A DNA stretch of 64,000 nt from NCBI GenBank assembly GCA_965248835.1, contig CBDFLJ010000001.1, positions 2,144,001-2,208,000 of the forward strand. The letters run 5' to 3'. Each line of letters starts with the position of its first letter. Position 1 is the first letter of the stretch. The notes under the pieces are model-generated. The model searched no databases. It worked only from the letters and a program-made list of their open reading frames with translations, and was not told the DNA's origin. The stretch comes from Alphaproteobacteria bacterium (GTDB lineage: Bacteria > Pseudomonadota > Alphaproteobacteria > MPNO01). Below, piece by piece: positions 8,782-19,751 of the stretch. The position numbers were made by a program, and so were the translations under genes.

Positions 8782-11391
8782 ATGGATGTTGTCGTCGTCG
8801 AATCGCCGGCCAAGGCGAAAACGATAAACCGGTATGTCGGCGGTGGTTACACCGTTCTGGCCAGCTACGGCCATGTGCGCGACCTGCCGCCCAAGGACGG
8901 CTCGGTCCGCCCCGAGGACGGCTTCGACATGAGCTGGCAGGTCGACGCGAAGGCCGAGAAGCATCTGTCGGCGATCGCCAAGGCGCTCAGCGGCGCGCGG
9001 CACCTCTATCTCGCCACCGATCCGGACCGCGAGGGCGAGGCGATCTCCTGGCATGTCTGCGAGGTGCTCAGCCAGCGCGCCGCGCTCAGCGGGATCGACG
9101 TCAAGCGCGTGGTCTTCCACGAGGTCACCAGAGATGCCGTCAACGAGGCGCTGCGGAACCCGCGCGACCTCGACCGCCGACTGGTCGATGCCTATCTCGC
9201 CCGCCGCGCGCTCGACTATCTGGTCGGGTTCACGCTCTCGCCGGTGCTGTGGCGCAAGCTCCCGGGCGCGCGCTCGGCCGGGCGTGTGCAATCGGTCGCG
9301 CTACGCCTGATATGCGAGCGCGAGGCCGAGATCGAGGTCTTCAGGCCGCGGGAATTCTGGTCCGTCGAGGCCGATTTCCGCACGTCGAGAGGGGATCTGC
9401 TGACCGCGCGGCTGTCTCATCTGAATGGCGAGAAACTGGACCGTTTCGATTTGGCCGACGAGGCGGCGGCACGCGCTGCGGTGGCGGCAATCGATGCCCG
9501 GACCTACCGGGTCGCCGGGATCGAGCGCAAGACCGTCCGGCGCAACCCGCAGCCGCCGTTCACGACCTCGACCCTGCAGCAGGAAGCCTCGCGCAAGCTG
9601 GGCTTCGGCGCGAGCCAGACCATGCGGGCGGCCCAGCGGCTGTATGAGGGCACAGACATCGGCGGCGAGACCGTCGGCCTGATCACGTATATGCGGACCG
9701 ACAGCGTCAACGTCGCCGCCGAGGCGCTGCGCGCCATGCGGGCGATGGTCGCGAGCCGGTACGGCGGACAATACGTCCCCGAGCGCCCGCATGCCTTTCG
9801 TTCCCGGGCGAAGAACGCCCAGGAGGCCCACGAGGCGATCCGGCCGACCGACGTCAACCGGACGCCGGAATCGGTCAGCGCGGCGTTGGGCAAGGACGAG
9901 CGCAGGCTCTACGACCTGATCTGGAAACGCGCGGTCGCTTCGGCCATGGAGCGTGCCACGCTGGAGCAGGTGGGCGTCGATGTCGCCGCGCATGACGGCG
10001 CCGTGATCCTGCGCGCGACCGGATCGATCGTCCTGTTCGACGGCTTCCTCAGACTCTACCAGGAAGGACATGACGAAGGCGCCGACGAGGACGGCAAGGA
10101 GCGGATCCTGCCGCCGGTGAACGAGAACGAGCCGTTGGACCGCATCCAGACCCAGCCCGAGCAGCATTTCACCAAGCCGCCGCCGCGGTTCACCGAGGCG
10201 AGCCTGGTGCGCCGACTGGAGGAGCTGGGGATCGGCCGCCCGTCAACCTATGCCGCGATCATCAGCGTGCTGCAGGACAGGAATTACGTCCGGCTGGAAA
10301 AGCGCGCCTTCATTCCCGAGGACCGAGGCCGGATCGTGACCGCCTTCCTGTCCGGGTTCTTCGGGCGCTACGTCCAGTACAACTTCACCGCCGACCTGGA
10401 GGACAAGCTGGATGCGGTCGCCAAGGGCGAGGTCGACTGGCGCGCCGTGATGACCGAGTTCTGGCGCGGCTTCTCGGCCGCGGTCGAGGAGACAACGGGC
10501 CTGACCATCTCCAACGTCATCGATGCGCTGGACAAGGATCTCGGCCCCCATTTCTTCCCGACCGACGGGGCCGCCGGCGCCGACCCGCGCGCCTGCCCGG
10601 CCTGCGCAGACGGCCGGACAGGCCTCAAGCTCGGCCGGCACGGCGCCTTCATCGGCTGCTCGAACTACCCCGAATGCGCCTATACCAGACCGCTGTCGGT
10701 CGATCCGGACGGCGCCGAGCCGCTGACCGGGCCGAAGGCGCTGGGCACCGACCCGCAAAGCGGAGAGACGGTCTGGCTCCGCAAGGGCCCCTACGGATTC
10801 TACGTCCAGTTGGGCGAGCCGGCCGAGAAGCAGAAGCCCAAGCGTGCCTCGCTCCTGAAATCGATGAGTCCGGCCGAGGTGAGCCTCGAGCAGGCGCTCG
10901 GGCTGCTGTCGCTGCCGCGCGAGATCGGCGCGCACCCGAGCACGGGCAAGACGATCCTCGCCGGGATCGGCCGGTTCGGACCCTATCTGCTCCACGACAG
11001 TGGATATACCTCGCTCGGGCCCGAGGAGGACGTGCTGTCGATCGGGCTCAACCGGGCGGTTGCGCTTATCGATCAGGCGCCCAAGCGGGCCGGGTCCGCG
11101 CCGCTGCGCACGCTCGGCAACCACCCCGAGGACGGCAAGCCGGTCGAGCTGCGCGACGGACGCTACGGCCCTTACGTCAAGCACGGGCGGGTCAACGCCT
11201 CGGTTCCGAAGGGCGAGGAGATCGCCGATATGAGCTTGGAACGCGCGATCGGGCTGCTGGCCGCCCGCGCGGCGAAGACGGGCAAGCCCGCCCGCCCGCC
11301 CGCCAAGTCCAGGGCGAAGGGTGGGTCCAAGGCCGCCAAACCCGGCGCGAGGCGCCGCAGGAAGGCAGATCCGGCGCCGAGCGAGGCGTGA
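8782..11391 (+). CDS. topA: DNA topoisomerase I
   Basis: VESPAKAKTI, ATDPDREGEAI, SAGRVQS, ITYMRTDS (catalytic Tyr), GIGRPSTYA, C-terminal Zn finger and repeats. Confidence 0.98.
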   Translation: MDVVVVESPAKAKTINRYVGGGYTVLASYGHVRDLPPKDGSVRPEDGFDMSWQVDAKAEKHLSAIAKALSGARHLYLATDPDREGEAISWHVCEVLSQRAALSGIDVKRVVFHEVTRDAVNEALRNPRDLDRRLVDAYLARRALDYLVGFTLSPVLWRKLPGARSAGRVQSVALRLICEREAEIEVFRPREFWSVEADFRTSRGDLLTARLSHLNGEKLDRFDLADEAAARAAVAAIDARTYRVAGIERKTVRRNPQPPFTTSTLQQEASRKLGFGASQTMRAAQRLYEGTDIGGETVGLITYMRTDSVNVAAEALRAMRAMVASRYGGQYVPERPHAFRSRAKNAQEAHEAIRPTDVNRTPESVSAALGKDERRLYDLIWKRAVASAMERATLEQVGVDVAAHDGAVILRATGSIVLFDGFLRLYQEGHDEGADEDGKERILPPVNENEPLDRIQTQPEQHFTKPPPRFTEASLVRRLEELGIGRPSTYAAIISVLQDRNYVRLEKRAFIPEDRGRIVTAFLSGFFGRYVQYNFTADLEDKLDAVAKGEVDWRAVMTEFWRGFSAAVEETTGLTISNVIDALDKDLGPHFFPTDGAAGADPRACPACADGRTGLKLGRHGAFIGCSNYPECAYTRPLSVDPDGAEPLTGPKALGTDPQSGETVWLRKGPYGFYVQLGEPAEKQKPKRASLLKSMSPAEVSLEQALGLLSLPREIGAHPSTGKTILAGIGRFGPYLLHDSGYTSLGPEEDVLSIGLNRAVALIDQAPKRAGSAPLRTLGNHPEDGKPVELRDGRYGPYVKHGRVNASVPKGEEIADMSLERAIGLLAARAAKTGKPARPPAKSRAKGGSKAAKPGARRRRKADPAPSEA

Positions 11392-13394
11392 GCGGGGGCA
11401 GGACCCGCGGCCGTCAGAAGGGTCCCGGGACCAAGGGCCTGCCGCCGGTCGGCGTCATCCAAATCCTCAGCATCGATTCGGACGGCTTTGCCCGGGCGCG
11501 CCCTGCGCGCTGGCCCGAGGGCGCGCCGTGTCCGGAGATCCGGCTGGAGCCCGACGGCAGGCCGGGCCGGGCCGTCGGCGCCGGCGACCGGGTGCTGGCG
11601 AAGCTGAACCGGGATCGGTCGGGCGGCTATCTGGCCAAGACCATCCGCCGGCTGCCTGCCGAGCGGCCGAACACGGTGCTCGGCATATTCGAGATCGTCG
11701 ACGGCAAGGGCCGGCTGCGGCCGACCAACCGGCGGGTCAAGTCGGAGTTCCGCATCACCCGGCGCGACGACAAGGGCGCCCGGCCGGGCGAACTGGTGCG
11801 CGCCGAGGTGCGGCCGTCCGACCGTGCCGGTTTGCCGGAAGCCCGGGTGCTCGAACGGCTGGGCGGCGGCGAGCCCTGGCGGACCGCAAGCCTGATCGCG
11901 ATCGAAGAGCATGGCATCCCCGACCGGTTCTCCCCGGCGGCCCTGGGCGAGGCCGGGGCGGCGGACGCGGCACCGTTGGGTCTGCGCGAGGATCTCCGCG
12001 CGGTCCCGCTGATGACCATCGACGACGAGACCGCGCGCGATTTCGACGACGCGGTCTGGGCCGAGCCCGATCCGGACCCGGCCAACGCCGGCGGCTTTCA
12101 CCTGATCATCGCCATCGCCGACGTGGCCTGGTACGTCCGCCCACGCTCGGCACTGGACGCCGATGCGCGCGTGCGCGGCAATTCGGTCTACTTTCCCGAT
12201 CGCGCGGTCCCGATGCTGCCGGCCGCGCTGTCGAACGGCTGGTGCTCGCTCAAGCCCGGCGAGGACCGGCCCTGCCTCGCCGTCCACATCCGCATCGACG
12301 CACACGGCAACAAGCGCAGCCACCGTTTCGTGCGGGCGATGATGCGTTCGGCTGCACGCCAGACCTATGAGGGGGTGCAGGCTGCGATCGCCGGCGACGG
12401 CGCGGTCGCGCTGAACGGGGAGATCGCCGCGCTGTCGGCCGCCTATGCCGCGCTGGCCGGCGCCCGGGACCGGCGCGGCACGCTGGAACTCGATATCCCT
12501 GAACGGCGGATCCGCATGGGTGCGGACGGACGCGTCGCCGGGATCGAATACCGCCAGACCCTGACCGCGCACCGGCTGATCGAGGCGTTCATGATCGCCG
12601 CCAACGTGGCCGCGGCCGAGACTCTGGAGGCGCGCAGCGCCCGGTGCATCTATCGCGTGCACGAGGCGCCCGACGCCGCCCGGGTGGAGGCGCTGCGCGA
12701 GCTGTTGAGCACGTTCGGTCTGCGGCTGCCGCGCGGCCAGATTCTGCAACCGCGCCACTTCAACGCCCTGCTCGAACGGGCGGCGTCGACCGGGTCTGCC
12801 GAACTGCTGCACGAAGCGGTCCTGAGAACACAGGCTCAGGCGGCCTACGGTGTCGATAATCTCGGCCATTTCGGCCTGGCGCTGCCACGCTACTGCCATT
12901 TCACATCGCCCATCCGGCGCTATGCCGATCTGCTGGTCCATCGCGCGCTGATCAGCGCGCTGAAGCTCGGCGAAGGCGGGCTGGGGGACGGCGAAGACCA
13001 CACGCTGGATGAGGTGGCGCGCCACGTCTCGACGACGGAGCGGCGCGCGACGGCGGCCGAGCGCGAGGCGGTCGACCGGTTGTGCGCGAGCTATCTCACC
13101 GACCGGATCGGGGCCATCATGCCGGCCCGCATCAGCGGCATCACGAAGGCGGGCCTGTTCGTCCGACTCCACGAGGCCGGAGCCGATGCGCTGGTTCCGC
13201 TTTCGATGTTGCCGGTCCGCCCCGCGCGGGTGGATCCGAACGGGTTTCGGCTGACCGACAGACGCGGCCGCACGTCCTTCCAGCTCGGCGAGACGCTGGA
13301 GGTACGGGTGCTCGAAGTCGACACCACGACGGGCTCGATCCTGTGCGCGCCCGCGGCGTTCGACCAAAAGCCGATGGGCAAACGGCAGCGTTGA
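11388..13394 (+). CDS. rnr: Ribonuclease R (RNB family)
   Basis: TIDDETARDFDDA catalytic motif, RGNSVYFP, HFTSPIRRYADL, C-terminal S1 domain; GTGA overlap with topA. Confidence 0.9.
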   Translation: MSGGRTRGRQKGPGTKGLPPVGVIQILSIDSDGFARARPARWPEGAPCPEIRLEPDGRPGRAVGAGDRVLAKLNRDRSGGYLAKTIRRLPAERPNTVLGIFEIVDGKGRLRPTNRRVKSEFRITRRDDKGARPGELVRAEVRPSDRAGLPEARVLERLGGGEPWRTASLIAIEEHGIPDRFSPAALGEAGAADAAPLGLREDLRAVPLMTIDDETARDFDDAVWAEPDPDPANAGGFHLIIAIADVAWYVRPRSALDADARVRGNSVYFPDRAVPMLPAALSNGWCSLKPGEDRPCLAVHIRIDAHGNKRSHRFVRAMMRSAARQTYEGVQAAIAGDGAVALNGEIAALSAAYAALAGARDRRGTLELDIPERRIRMGADGRVAGIEYRQTLTAHRLIEAFMIAANVAAAETLEARSARCIYRVHEAPDAARVEALRELLSTFGLRLPRGQILQPRHFNALLERAASTGSAELLHEAVLRTQAQAAYGVDNLGHFGLALPRYCHFTSPIRRYADLLVHRALISALKLGEGGLGDGEDHTLDEVARHVSTTERRATAAEREAVDRLCASYLTDRIGAIMPARISGITKAGLFVRLHEAGADALVPLSMLPVRPARVDPNGFRLTDRRGRTSFQLGETLEVRVLEVDTTTGSILCAPAAFDQKPMGKRQR

Positions 13395-13437
13395 CGTTTA
13401 TGGTTGTTCGTGCGGCCGGCAGGGCCGCCGCAGGTGG

Positions 13438-15060
13438 ATGAGAACCGATCGGATTCGCCCGTTCCGGTCGTACGGGCGCGAGCCCGAGGTGCGCCGCGTG
13501 ACCCCACCCCCGACCCGATCGATATGTGCGACTTGCCTCGTCCTGGCCGCGTTCGGCTGCACCGCCCCGCCGGAGGGGTCCTACCCGAACGCCTCTCCGC
13601 GGGAGGTTCTCCAGGCGAGCTATCAGAACCTGTCGTCCCGCTATATCGATCCGGTCGACTTGAAGGCGATCAGCCTGGCCGGTTTGAACCGGCTGCATCG
13701 GATCGATTCGAACCTCGATTTCGTCCACCGGCGCGGCACGATCGCGCTCATGGCGAACGCGGTGCGCGCCGGAAGCTGGCCCACCCCGCGCAGTCACGAT
13801 CCGCAGGGCTGGGCCGATATGGTGGCCGATGCAATGCAAGCCGCGCGCATCGCCTCGCCGGCAGTCGCCATTCATTCGGACGCCGCATTGTCCAACAAAA
13901 TCCTGCGCGGGGTGATGTCGTCCTTCGACCGTTATACCCGTTATGCCGGACCGGGCCTCGCCCGGCGCCAGAGGGCCTCGCGCGAAGGCTTCGGCGGGCT
14001 CGGCATCTCGGTCGACCAAGATGACGGGATCATCTCGGTACGGCAGGTGCACGAGAACACGCCGGCCAGCCGTGCAGGCCTGCGCAGCGGCGACCGTATC
14101 ACCCATGTCGACGGCAAGCCGGTCACCGGCATGGCCCGCGCCAAGGTGATCGCGTTGCTGCGCGGACCCATCGGCTCGTCGGTGAGACTGGAGATCGCCC
14201 GGGCAGCCGGACCGCGCACCCTCACGATCGAGATCAAGCGCGCGCTGATCGTCGCTCCGACCGTCACCTCGCGCCGCCAGGAGGGCCTGCTGATCATCAA
14301 GGTCACGGGGTTCAACCAGGGGACCGCCGGGTCGATAAGCGAAACCCTTTCGGGCGCCGAGCGCGACATGGGCCGAAGGCTGGGCGGTATCGTCCTCGAC
14401 TTGAGGGGTAATCCGGGCGGGCTGCTCGACCAGGCGGTCGCGGTCGCCGACCTGTTCCTCGACGACGGCCCGGTGATCTCGACTGTCGGCCGGCACCCCT
14501 ACAGCTTCCAGGTCTTCGATGCGACCTGGGGGAAGGCGGTCGCCGAGGTTCCCCTGGCCCTGCTGATCAACGGCAAGTCGGCTTCGGCCTCGGAGATCGT
14601 CGCGGTGGCCCTGCGCGACCGCGGCCGCGCCGTGGTGATCGGCTCGGCTTCTTACGGCAAGGGAACGGTGCAGACAATCATCCGCCTGCCCAATGACGGC
14701 GAGCTCGCCATGACCTGGGCGAGGATGAAGGCGCCGTCGGGCTTCGCCATCCAGGACCACGGGATCATTCCGGCAATCTGCACCAGCGGCCAAGGCGTGA
14801 CCAAGCTGCTGCGCGCTCTGCGCCGGGACGACGACGCCCGGCTCGCCATGATCGACCGCCGGCTCCGTGCCCGGCGGTCGCACCGGCGCAACCCCGACCT
14901 CGCCCGGGCGGCCTGCCCGCCGCGGGTCGAACAGCCTGAGGCCGACATGGAGATTGCCCGGTTCGTGCTGCGCGACCGCAAGCTCTATAACCATGCGCTG
15001 GTCGCCGGCCGGCCGGCGGTCGCGGGCCGTGACAATGCCAGCGCCGCCGCGCGCCCTTGA
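13438..15060 (+). CDS. S41 family carboxyl-terminal processing protease (PDZ, probable lipoprotein)
   Basis: LDLRGNPGGLL, SASASEIV, GKGTVQ; lipobox-like LAAFGC. Alternative GTG start at 13498. Confidence 0.9.
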   Translation: MRTDRIRPFRSYGREPEVRRVTPPPTRSICATCLVLAAFGCTAPPEGSYPNASPREVLQASYQNLSSRYIDPVDLKAISLAGLNRLHRIDSNLDFVHRRGTIALMANAVRAGSWPTPRSHDPQGWADMVADAMQAARIASPAVAIHSDAALSNKILRGVMSSFDRYTRYAGPGLARRQRASREGFGGLGISVDQDDGIISVRQVHENTPASRAGLRSGDRITHVDGKPVTGMARAKVIALLRGPIGSSVRLEIARAAGPRTLTIEIKRALIVAPTVTSRRQEGLLIIKVTGFNQGTAGSISETLSGAERDMGRRLGGIVLDLRGNPGGLLDQAVAVADLFLDDGPVISTVGRHPYSFQVFDATWGKAVAEVPLALLINGKSASASEIVAVALRDRGRAVVIGSASYGKGTVQTIIRLPNDGELAMTWARMKAPSGFAIQDHGIIPAICTSGQGVTKLLRALRRDDDARLAMIDRRLRARRSHRRNPDLARAACPPRVEQPEADMEIARFVLRDRKLYNHALVAGRPAVAGRDNASAAARP

Positions 15061-15084
15061 CAGAGTCATCCCGGCCCTTATCTT
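15057..15084 (+). promoter_or_regulatory. Putative sigma70 promoter of rpmG
   Basis: TTGACA-N16-TATCTT; the -35 element overlaps the S41 gene stop codon. Confidence 0.55.
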
Positions 15085-15114
15085 CCGGGTCTACCGGAGC
15101 ATGATGGAAGACCC

Positions 15115-15282
15115 ATGGCCAAACCAACCACGACCCTGATCAAGCTCGTCAGCAGTGCCGATACCGGCTACTTCTACGTCGCCAAGAAGAACACCCGAAC
15201 CACGACCGACAAGCTCGAGTTCCGCAAGTACGACCCGATCGCCCGCAAGCACGTGGTCTTCAAGGAATCGAGGATCAAGTAA
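15115..15282 (+). CDS. rpmG: 50S ribosomal protein L33 (Cys-free form); absent from the ORF track
   Basis: [55 protein letters not shown], 55 aa. Confidence 0.97.
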   Translation: MAKPTTTLIKLVSSADTGYFYVAKKNTRTTTDKLEFRKYDPIARKHVVFKESRIK

Positions 15283-17068
15283 CCGGCGCCGCGCCGGCCG
15301 GCGGCGAGTCGACGCGTATCGACAGCTCGCGCAGGCGATCCTCTGCGACGGGTGCCGGCGCCTGCATCATCAGATCCTGGGCCTGCTGGTTCAAGGGGAA
15401 CAGGGTGACCTCGCGGATGTTGGGCTCATCGGCCAGCAGCATCACCATGCGGTCGATGCCCGGCGCCGAGCCGCCATGCGGCGGCGCACCGAACTTCAAC
15501 GCATTCAGCATGCCGCCAAACCGCTGCTCGACCTCCTCGCGGCGGTAGCCGGCGACCTCGAAGGCCTTGTACATGATGTCCGGTCGGTGGTTGCGGATCG
15601 CCCCGCTGGACAGCTCGACTCCGTTGCAGACGATGTCGTACTGATAGGCCATCACATCCAGGGGATCTTGGGTTTCCAGCGCTTCGAGACCGCCCTGCGG
15701 CATCGAGAACGGGTTGTGGCTGAACTGGATCCGGCCGGTGGCCTCGTCGCGTTCGTACATCGGGTAGTCGGTGATCCAGCAGAATTCGAACCGGTCGGCG
15801 GCGATCAGGCCGAGCTCCTCGCCGATCCGCGTGCGCGCCAACCCGGCCAGCCGGGCCGCACCCTCGGCCTTGTCGCAGGCAAAGAACACCGCATCGCCGT
15901 CGCCCACACTGGCCCGGTTGCGCAGCGCCGCCATCCGGTCCTCGTCGAGGAACCGGGCGATCGGGCCCTTCGCCTGGCCGCCTTCGAAGATGATGTAGCC
16001 CAGCCCGCCCGCGCCCTGCTCGCGCGCCCAGTCGTTGAGCTTGTCGAAGAAGCTGCGCGGTTGGGACGCGGCACCGGGCGCGGGAATCGCCCGGACCACC
16101 GCCCCGGTCTCGATCGGGCGCGCGAAGATCTTGAACGCCGTGCCGCACCAGACGTCGGTAGCGTCGGCGATTTCCAGCGGGTTGCGCAGGTCCGGCTTGT
16201 CGGTGCCATAGCGCAACATGGCATCGGCGAAGGCGATGCGCCGGAACGGCGCGGGCGAGACCGCCCGGCCTTCGGCGAACTCCTCGAAGAGACCGCCGAG
16301 CACCGGCTCGATGGCGGCGAACACGTCGTCCTGGGTGACGAAGGACATCTCGACATCGAGCTGGTAGAACTCGCCCGGCGAGCGGTCCGCGCGCGCATCC
16401 TCGTCACGGAAGCACGGCGCGATCTGGAAATAGCGATCGAAGCCCGCGACCATGATGAGCTGCTTGAACTGCTGCGGCGCCTGGGGCAAGGCGTAGAACC
16501 GGCCGGGGTGAAGCCGGCTCGGCACGAGAAAGTCGCGCGCACCCTCCGGACTGGCCGCGGTCAGGATCGGCGTCTGGAACTCGGTGAAGCCGGATGCGGT
16601 CATCCGGCGTCGGATCGATTGGATCACCGAGCTGCGCAGCATGATGTTGCGCTGCATCTTCTCCCGCCGCAGGTCGAGGAAACGGTATTTGAGCCTGACC
16701 TCCTCGCCGTAATCGCGGTCGCTGTTGACTTCGAGCGGCAACGTCTCGGCCGGCGCCTGCAGGGTGAAGACCTCGATCGACAGCTCGACCTCGCCGGTAG
16801 GCAGGTCGGGATTGACCGTGTCCGCACTGCGCGGCACGACCGGGCCGGTCACCGTGATCACCGCCTCGAGTCGGGCCGCCTCGACCGCTTTGAAGCTCGG
16901 GCTGTCGGACTCGATCACGCACTGGGTGACGCCGAACTGGTCCCTCAGATCGATGAACAGCAGGTTCCCGTGGTCTCGCTTGCGGTGAACCCAGCCCGAC
17001 AGCCGCGCGGTCTGGCCCTGGTGCCCGAGCCTCAACTCACCGCAGGTGTGCGTGCGATAGGCATGCAT
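15275..17068 (-). CDS. aspS: Aspartate-tRNA ligase, probably non-discriminating (Asp/Asn)
   Basis: [64 protein letters not shown]. Confidence 0.97.
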   Translation of the reverse strand: MHAYRTHTCGELRLGHQGQTARLSGWVHRKRDHGNLLFIDLRDQFGVTQCVIESDSPSFKAVEAARLEAVITVTGPVVPRSADTVNPDLPTGEVELSIEVFTLQAPAETLPLEVNSDRDYGEEVRLKYRFLDLRREKMQRNIMLRSSVIQSIRRRMTASGFTEFQTPILTAASPEGARDFLVPSRLHPGRFYALPQAPQQFKQLIMVAGFDRYFQIAPCFRDEDARADRSPGEFYQLDVEMSFVTQDDVFAAIEPVLGGLFEEFAEGRAVSPAPFRRIAFADAMLRYGTDKPDLRNPLEIADATDVWCGTAFKIFARPIETGAVVRAIPAPGAASQPRSFFDKLNDWAREQGAGGLGYIIFEGGQAKGPIARFLDEDRMAALRNRASVGDGDAVFFACDKAEGAARLAGLARTRIGEELGLIAADRFEFCWITDYPMYERDEATGRIQFSHNPFSMPQGGLEALETQDPLDVMAYQYDIVCNGVELSSGAIRNHRPDIMYKAFEVAGYRREEVEQRFGGMLNALKFGAPPHGGSAPGIDRMVMLLADEPNIREVTLFPLNQQAQDLMMQAPAPVAEDRLRELSIRVDSPPAGAAPVT

Positions 17069-17229
17069 CGGTCTGCCTCTGTCGATCGATCTTGGGACGG
17101 CCTCGCGATGGGGTACGGGTCTGCCGCGAGGCGGGCGCAAAAGCGCATGGGCGGCTGGTTTTGTCAAGCAAACCGGGGCCTTGCTGCGCGCGCTTTTCGG
17201 GTCGGGGCAAACCGTGTATAGACCGCGCC

Positions 17230-18384
17230 ATGGACGTCATCGTCGACACCGATACACTCAGCGCTTTCTGTCATCGGGTCGGTGAATCGGACTACGTCAC
17301 CGTCGATACGGAGTTCATCCGCGACAAGACCTTCTGGCCGCTTCTGTGCCTGGTCCAGGTCGCCGGACCCGAAGAGGCCGTAGCGATCGACGCGCTGTCG
17401 AAGACGATCGACCTGGCGCCGCTTTTTGTGCTGATGAACGACCCCCGCGTGCTCAAGGTCTTCCATGCTGCGCGCCAGGATGTGGAGATTTTCTACCATC
17501 TCGACGGGCGCGTGCCGGCGCCGCTGTTCGACACCCAGGTCGCCGCCATGGTGTGCGGCTTCGGCGAATCGGTCGGCTACGACCGGCTGGTCTCCAAACT
17601 TGCCCGTGCCACGATCGACAAGTCCCAGCGCTTCACCGACTGGTCCCGCCGGCCGCTGAGCAAGAAGCTGATCAACTACGCGATCTCGGACGTCACCCAT
17701 CTCCGCGTAGTCTACGAAAAGCTGTCGGCCCAGCTCTCAGGCAACCGCCGGGCCGGATGGCTGTCGGAGGAGATGGCGACGCTGACCGACCCGGCGACCT
17801 ACCGCCAGGCGCCCGAGGATGCCTGGCGGCGGGTCAAGAACCGGTTGCACAAACCGCGCCACATCGCGATCTTTCGCCGCCTGGCCGCCTGGCGCGAGGC
17901 GGAGGCGCAGCGTCGCGACGTGCCGCGCAACCGGATCCTGCGGGACGAGGCGCTGTGCGAGATCGCCGCACGCGAGCCGCGGACCACACAGGATCTGTCG
18001 CTGTTGCGCGCGCCGGGCCGCGAGCGGATCAGTCATCAGACGGCGCAGGCGGTCATCGACATCGTCGCCGAGGTCTGCGCGGCCCCGCCCTCGACCTATC
18101 CCGAGGCCAAGCCGGTTGCCCCGCCGGCCAATCACATCGGGCCGACCGCCGATCTGCTCAAGGTTCTGCTCAAGATGCGCTGTGAGGAGTACTGCGTCGC
18201 CCAGAAGCTCATCGCCACGGTCGGTGACGTCGAGGCGATCGCCGCCAATGACAAGGCCGATGTCGCGGCGCTGTACGGCTGGCGGCGCGAGATCTTCGGC
18301 AAGGATGCGCTCGCGCTCAAGCACGGCCGGATTGCGCTGACTATCGACGACGGCGATCTCAGAATCATTCGCCGTGAGCGCTGA
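17230..18384 (+). CDS. rnd: Ribonuclease D
   Basis: [53 protein letters not shown] domain. Confidence 0.95.
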   Translation: MDVIVDTDTLSAFCHRVGESDYVTVDTEFIRDKTFWPLLCLVQVAGPEEAVAIDALSKTIDLAPLFVLMNDPRVLKVFHAARQDVEIFYHLDGRVPAPLFDTQVAAMVCGFGESVGYDRLVSKLARATIDKSQRFTDWSRRPLSKKLINYAISDVTHLRVVYEKLSAQLSGNRRAGWLSEEMATLTDPATYRQAPEDAWRRVKNRLHKPRHIAIFRRLAAWREAEAQRRDVPRNRILRDEALCEIAAREPRTTQDLSLLRAPGRERISHQTAQAVIDIVAEVCAAPPSTYPEAKPVAPPANHIGPTADLLKVLLKMRCEEYCVAQKLIATVGDVEAIAANDKADVAALYGWRREIFGKDALALKHGRIALTIDDGDLRIIRRER

Positions 18385-19138
18385 ACGGGGCGAGCCGGGG
18401 CGGATCCGTAGCGCCACCGTCATTTCCCATGTCGGGTTCGAGGATCTCGGCCGGCTGGCGCCGCTGCTGGCCGAGCGCGGCGTTGCCGTGCGCCATGTCG
18501 ACGGCCCGCGCGAGGACCTCGCGGCGCTGGATCCGGCCGAACCGGACCTGTTGGTGGTTCTTGGCGGGCCGATCGGCGCCTATGAAACCAATTCCTATCC
18601 GTTTCTCGTCCGCGAGACCGCGATCATCGAGGCGCGGCTCGCCGCCGATCGGCCGACGCTCGGCATCTGCCTCGGCGCGCAGCTCATGGCCCAGGCGCTG
18701 GGGGCGCGGGTCTACCCATCGGGCGTCAAGGAGATCGGCTGGTCGCCGCTGGACCTGAGCGCGGCAGGGCGCCGATCGTGCCTGGCGCCGGTCGGCGCGC
18801 CGGGGCTGTCGGTGCTGCACTGGCACGGCGATACCTTCGACATGCCCGGCGGGGCGGTCCATCTGGCATCCAGTGCGGTGTGCGACAACCAGGCCTTCGG
18901 CTGGGGCGTCAACGGGCTGGGGCTCCAGTTCCATCTAGAGACCGGTCACGCGGCTCTGGAGTCATGGTTCGTCGGGCACGCGGTCGAGATCGCCGGGGCC
19001 GGGCTCTCGGTCGAGGCCTTGCGGGCCGACAGCGCGCGTCTGGCGCCGGCCTGCAACGCAGCGGGACGGACGGCGCTGGCGGCCTGGCTCGATGGCCTGA
19101 CTACCGGTGGAGGACACGGCGGATCAGCGGGACCGTGA
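18374..19138 (+). CDS. Class I glutamine amidotransferase-like protein
   Basis: LGGPIGAY, LGICLGAQL (Cys nucleophile), HWHGDTF, LQFHLE. Confidence 0.9.
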   Translation: MSAERGEPGRIRSATVISHVGFEDLGRLAPLLAERGVAVRHVDGPREDLAALDPAEPDLLVVLGGPIGAYETNSYPFLVRETAIIEARLAADRPTLGICLGAQLMAQALGARVYPSGVKEIGWSPLDLSAAGRRSCLAPVGAPGLSVLHWHGDTFDMPGGAVHLASSAVCDNQAFGWGVNGLGLQFHLETGHAALESWFVGHAVEIAGAGLSVEALRADSARLAPACNAAGRTALAAWLDGLTTGGGHGGSAGP

Positions 19139-19751
19139 TCGGCCGGTGTTCGGCGAGCGCCAGGGCGTCGGCCTCCGCGATGGTCCGTCTGGCGGCCTCG
19201 AAGCTTCGCTCCATGTGGCGGACGAGATAGCCGATCACATCCTCGCCCGCATCGAGTTGGCGGTCGCGCAGCATCTTGGCGAGGACGGCGGCGATCAGGG
19301 CGTCGTCGGGTCGGCCGATCGTGACGGTGGGCGCCGAGCGCAGCCGCGAGACCAGGTCCGGAAGACGATCGTGCCATCGCCCCGGGGGCACGCGTGCGGT
19401 TGCAAGGACATCGACGGCGGCATCCTTGGCCCGGTTGAGCGCGTGGAACAGCGCGACGTCATCGTCGGCCTCATCGACCGCCTCGATCACCAGATGGCAC
19501 GGACCCACGGCGTCGGGGTCGATCCGCTCGGCGCCGAGCATGGCCGCGCCCGACACCGCACGCCAGACATGGGCAAGGTGGGTCTTACCGCCGCCTTCCG
19601 GGCCGCACAACACCAGCACCCGCCCGGGCCAGTCAGGCCAGGCATCGACCCACCTGAGCGCATCGCGGTTGCTGTCGGCGACCAGAAAATCCTCGCGCCC
19701 GTAGGCCGGCCGCTGCTCCAGCGCCAGGGGGAGCTGCGTTTCAGCCGCCAT
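19101..19751 (-). CDS. hdaA: DnaA regulatory inactivator Hda/HdaA
   Basis: N-terminal clamp-binding QLPL, GREDFLV..SN, GPEGGGKTHL, LPDLVSRL, ERSF. Confidence 0.9.
   Translation of the reverse strand: MAAETQLPLALEQRPAYGREDFLVADSNRDALRWVDAWPDWPGRVLVLCGPEGGGKTHLAHVWRAVSGAAMLGAERIDPDAVGPCHLVIEAVDEADDDVALFHALNRAKDAAVDVLATARVPPGRWHDRLPDLVSRLRSAPTVTIGRPDDALIAAVLAKMLRDRQLDAGEDVIGYLVRHMERSFEAARRTIAEADALALAEHRPITVPLIRRVLHR

Noticed and set aside
10674-11387. Apparent N-terminal extension making RNase R 906 aa
   Set aside because: Out-of-frame read of the topA 3' end; the likely start is GTG at 11388. The same applies to the extended ORFs for gatA, dprA, purN, surA and anmK.
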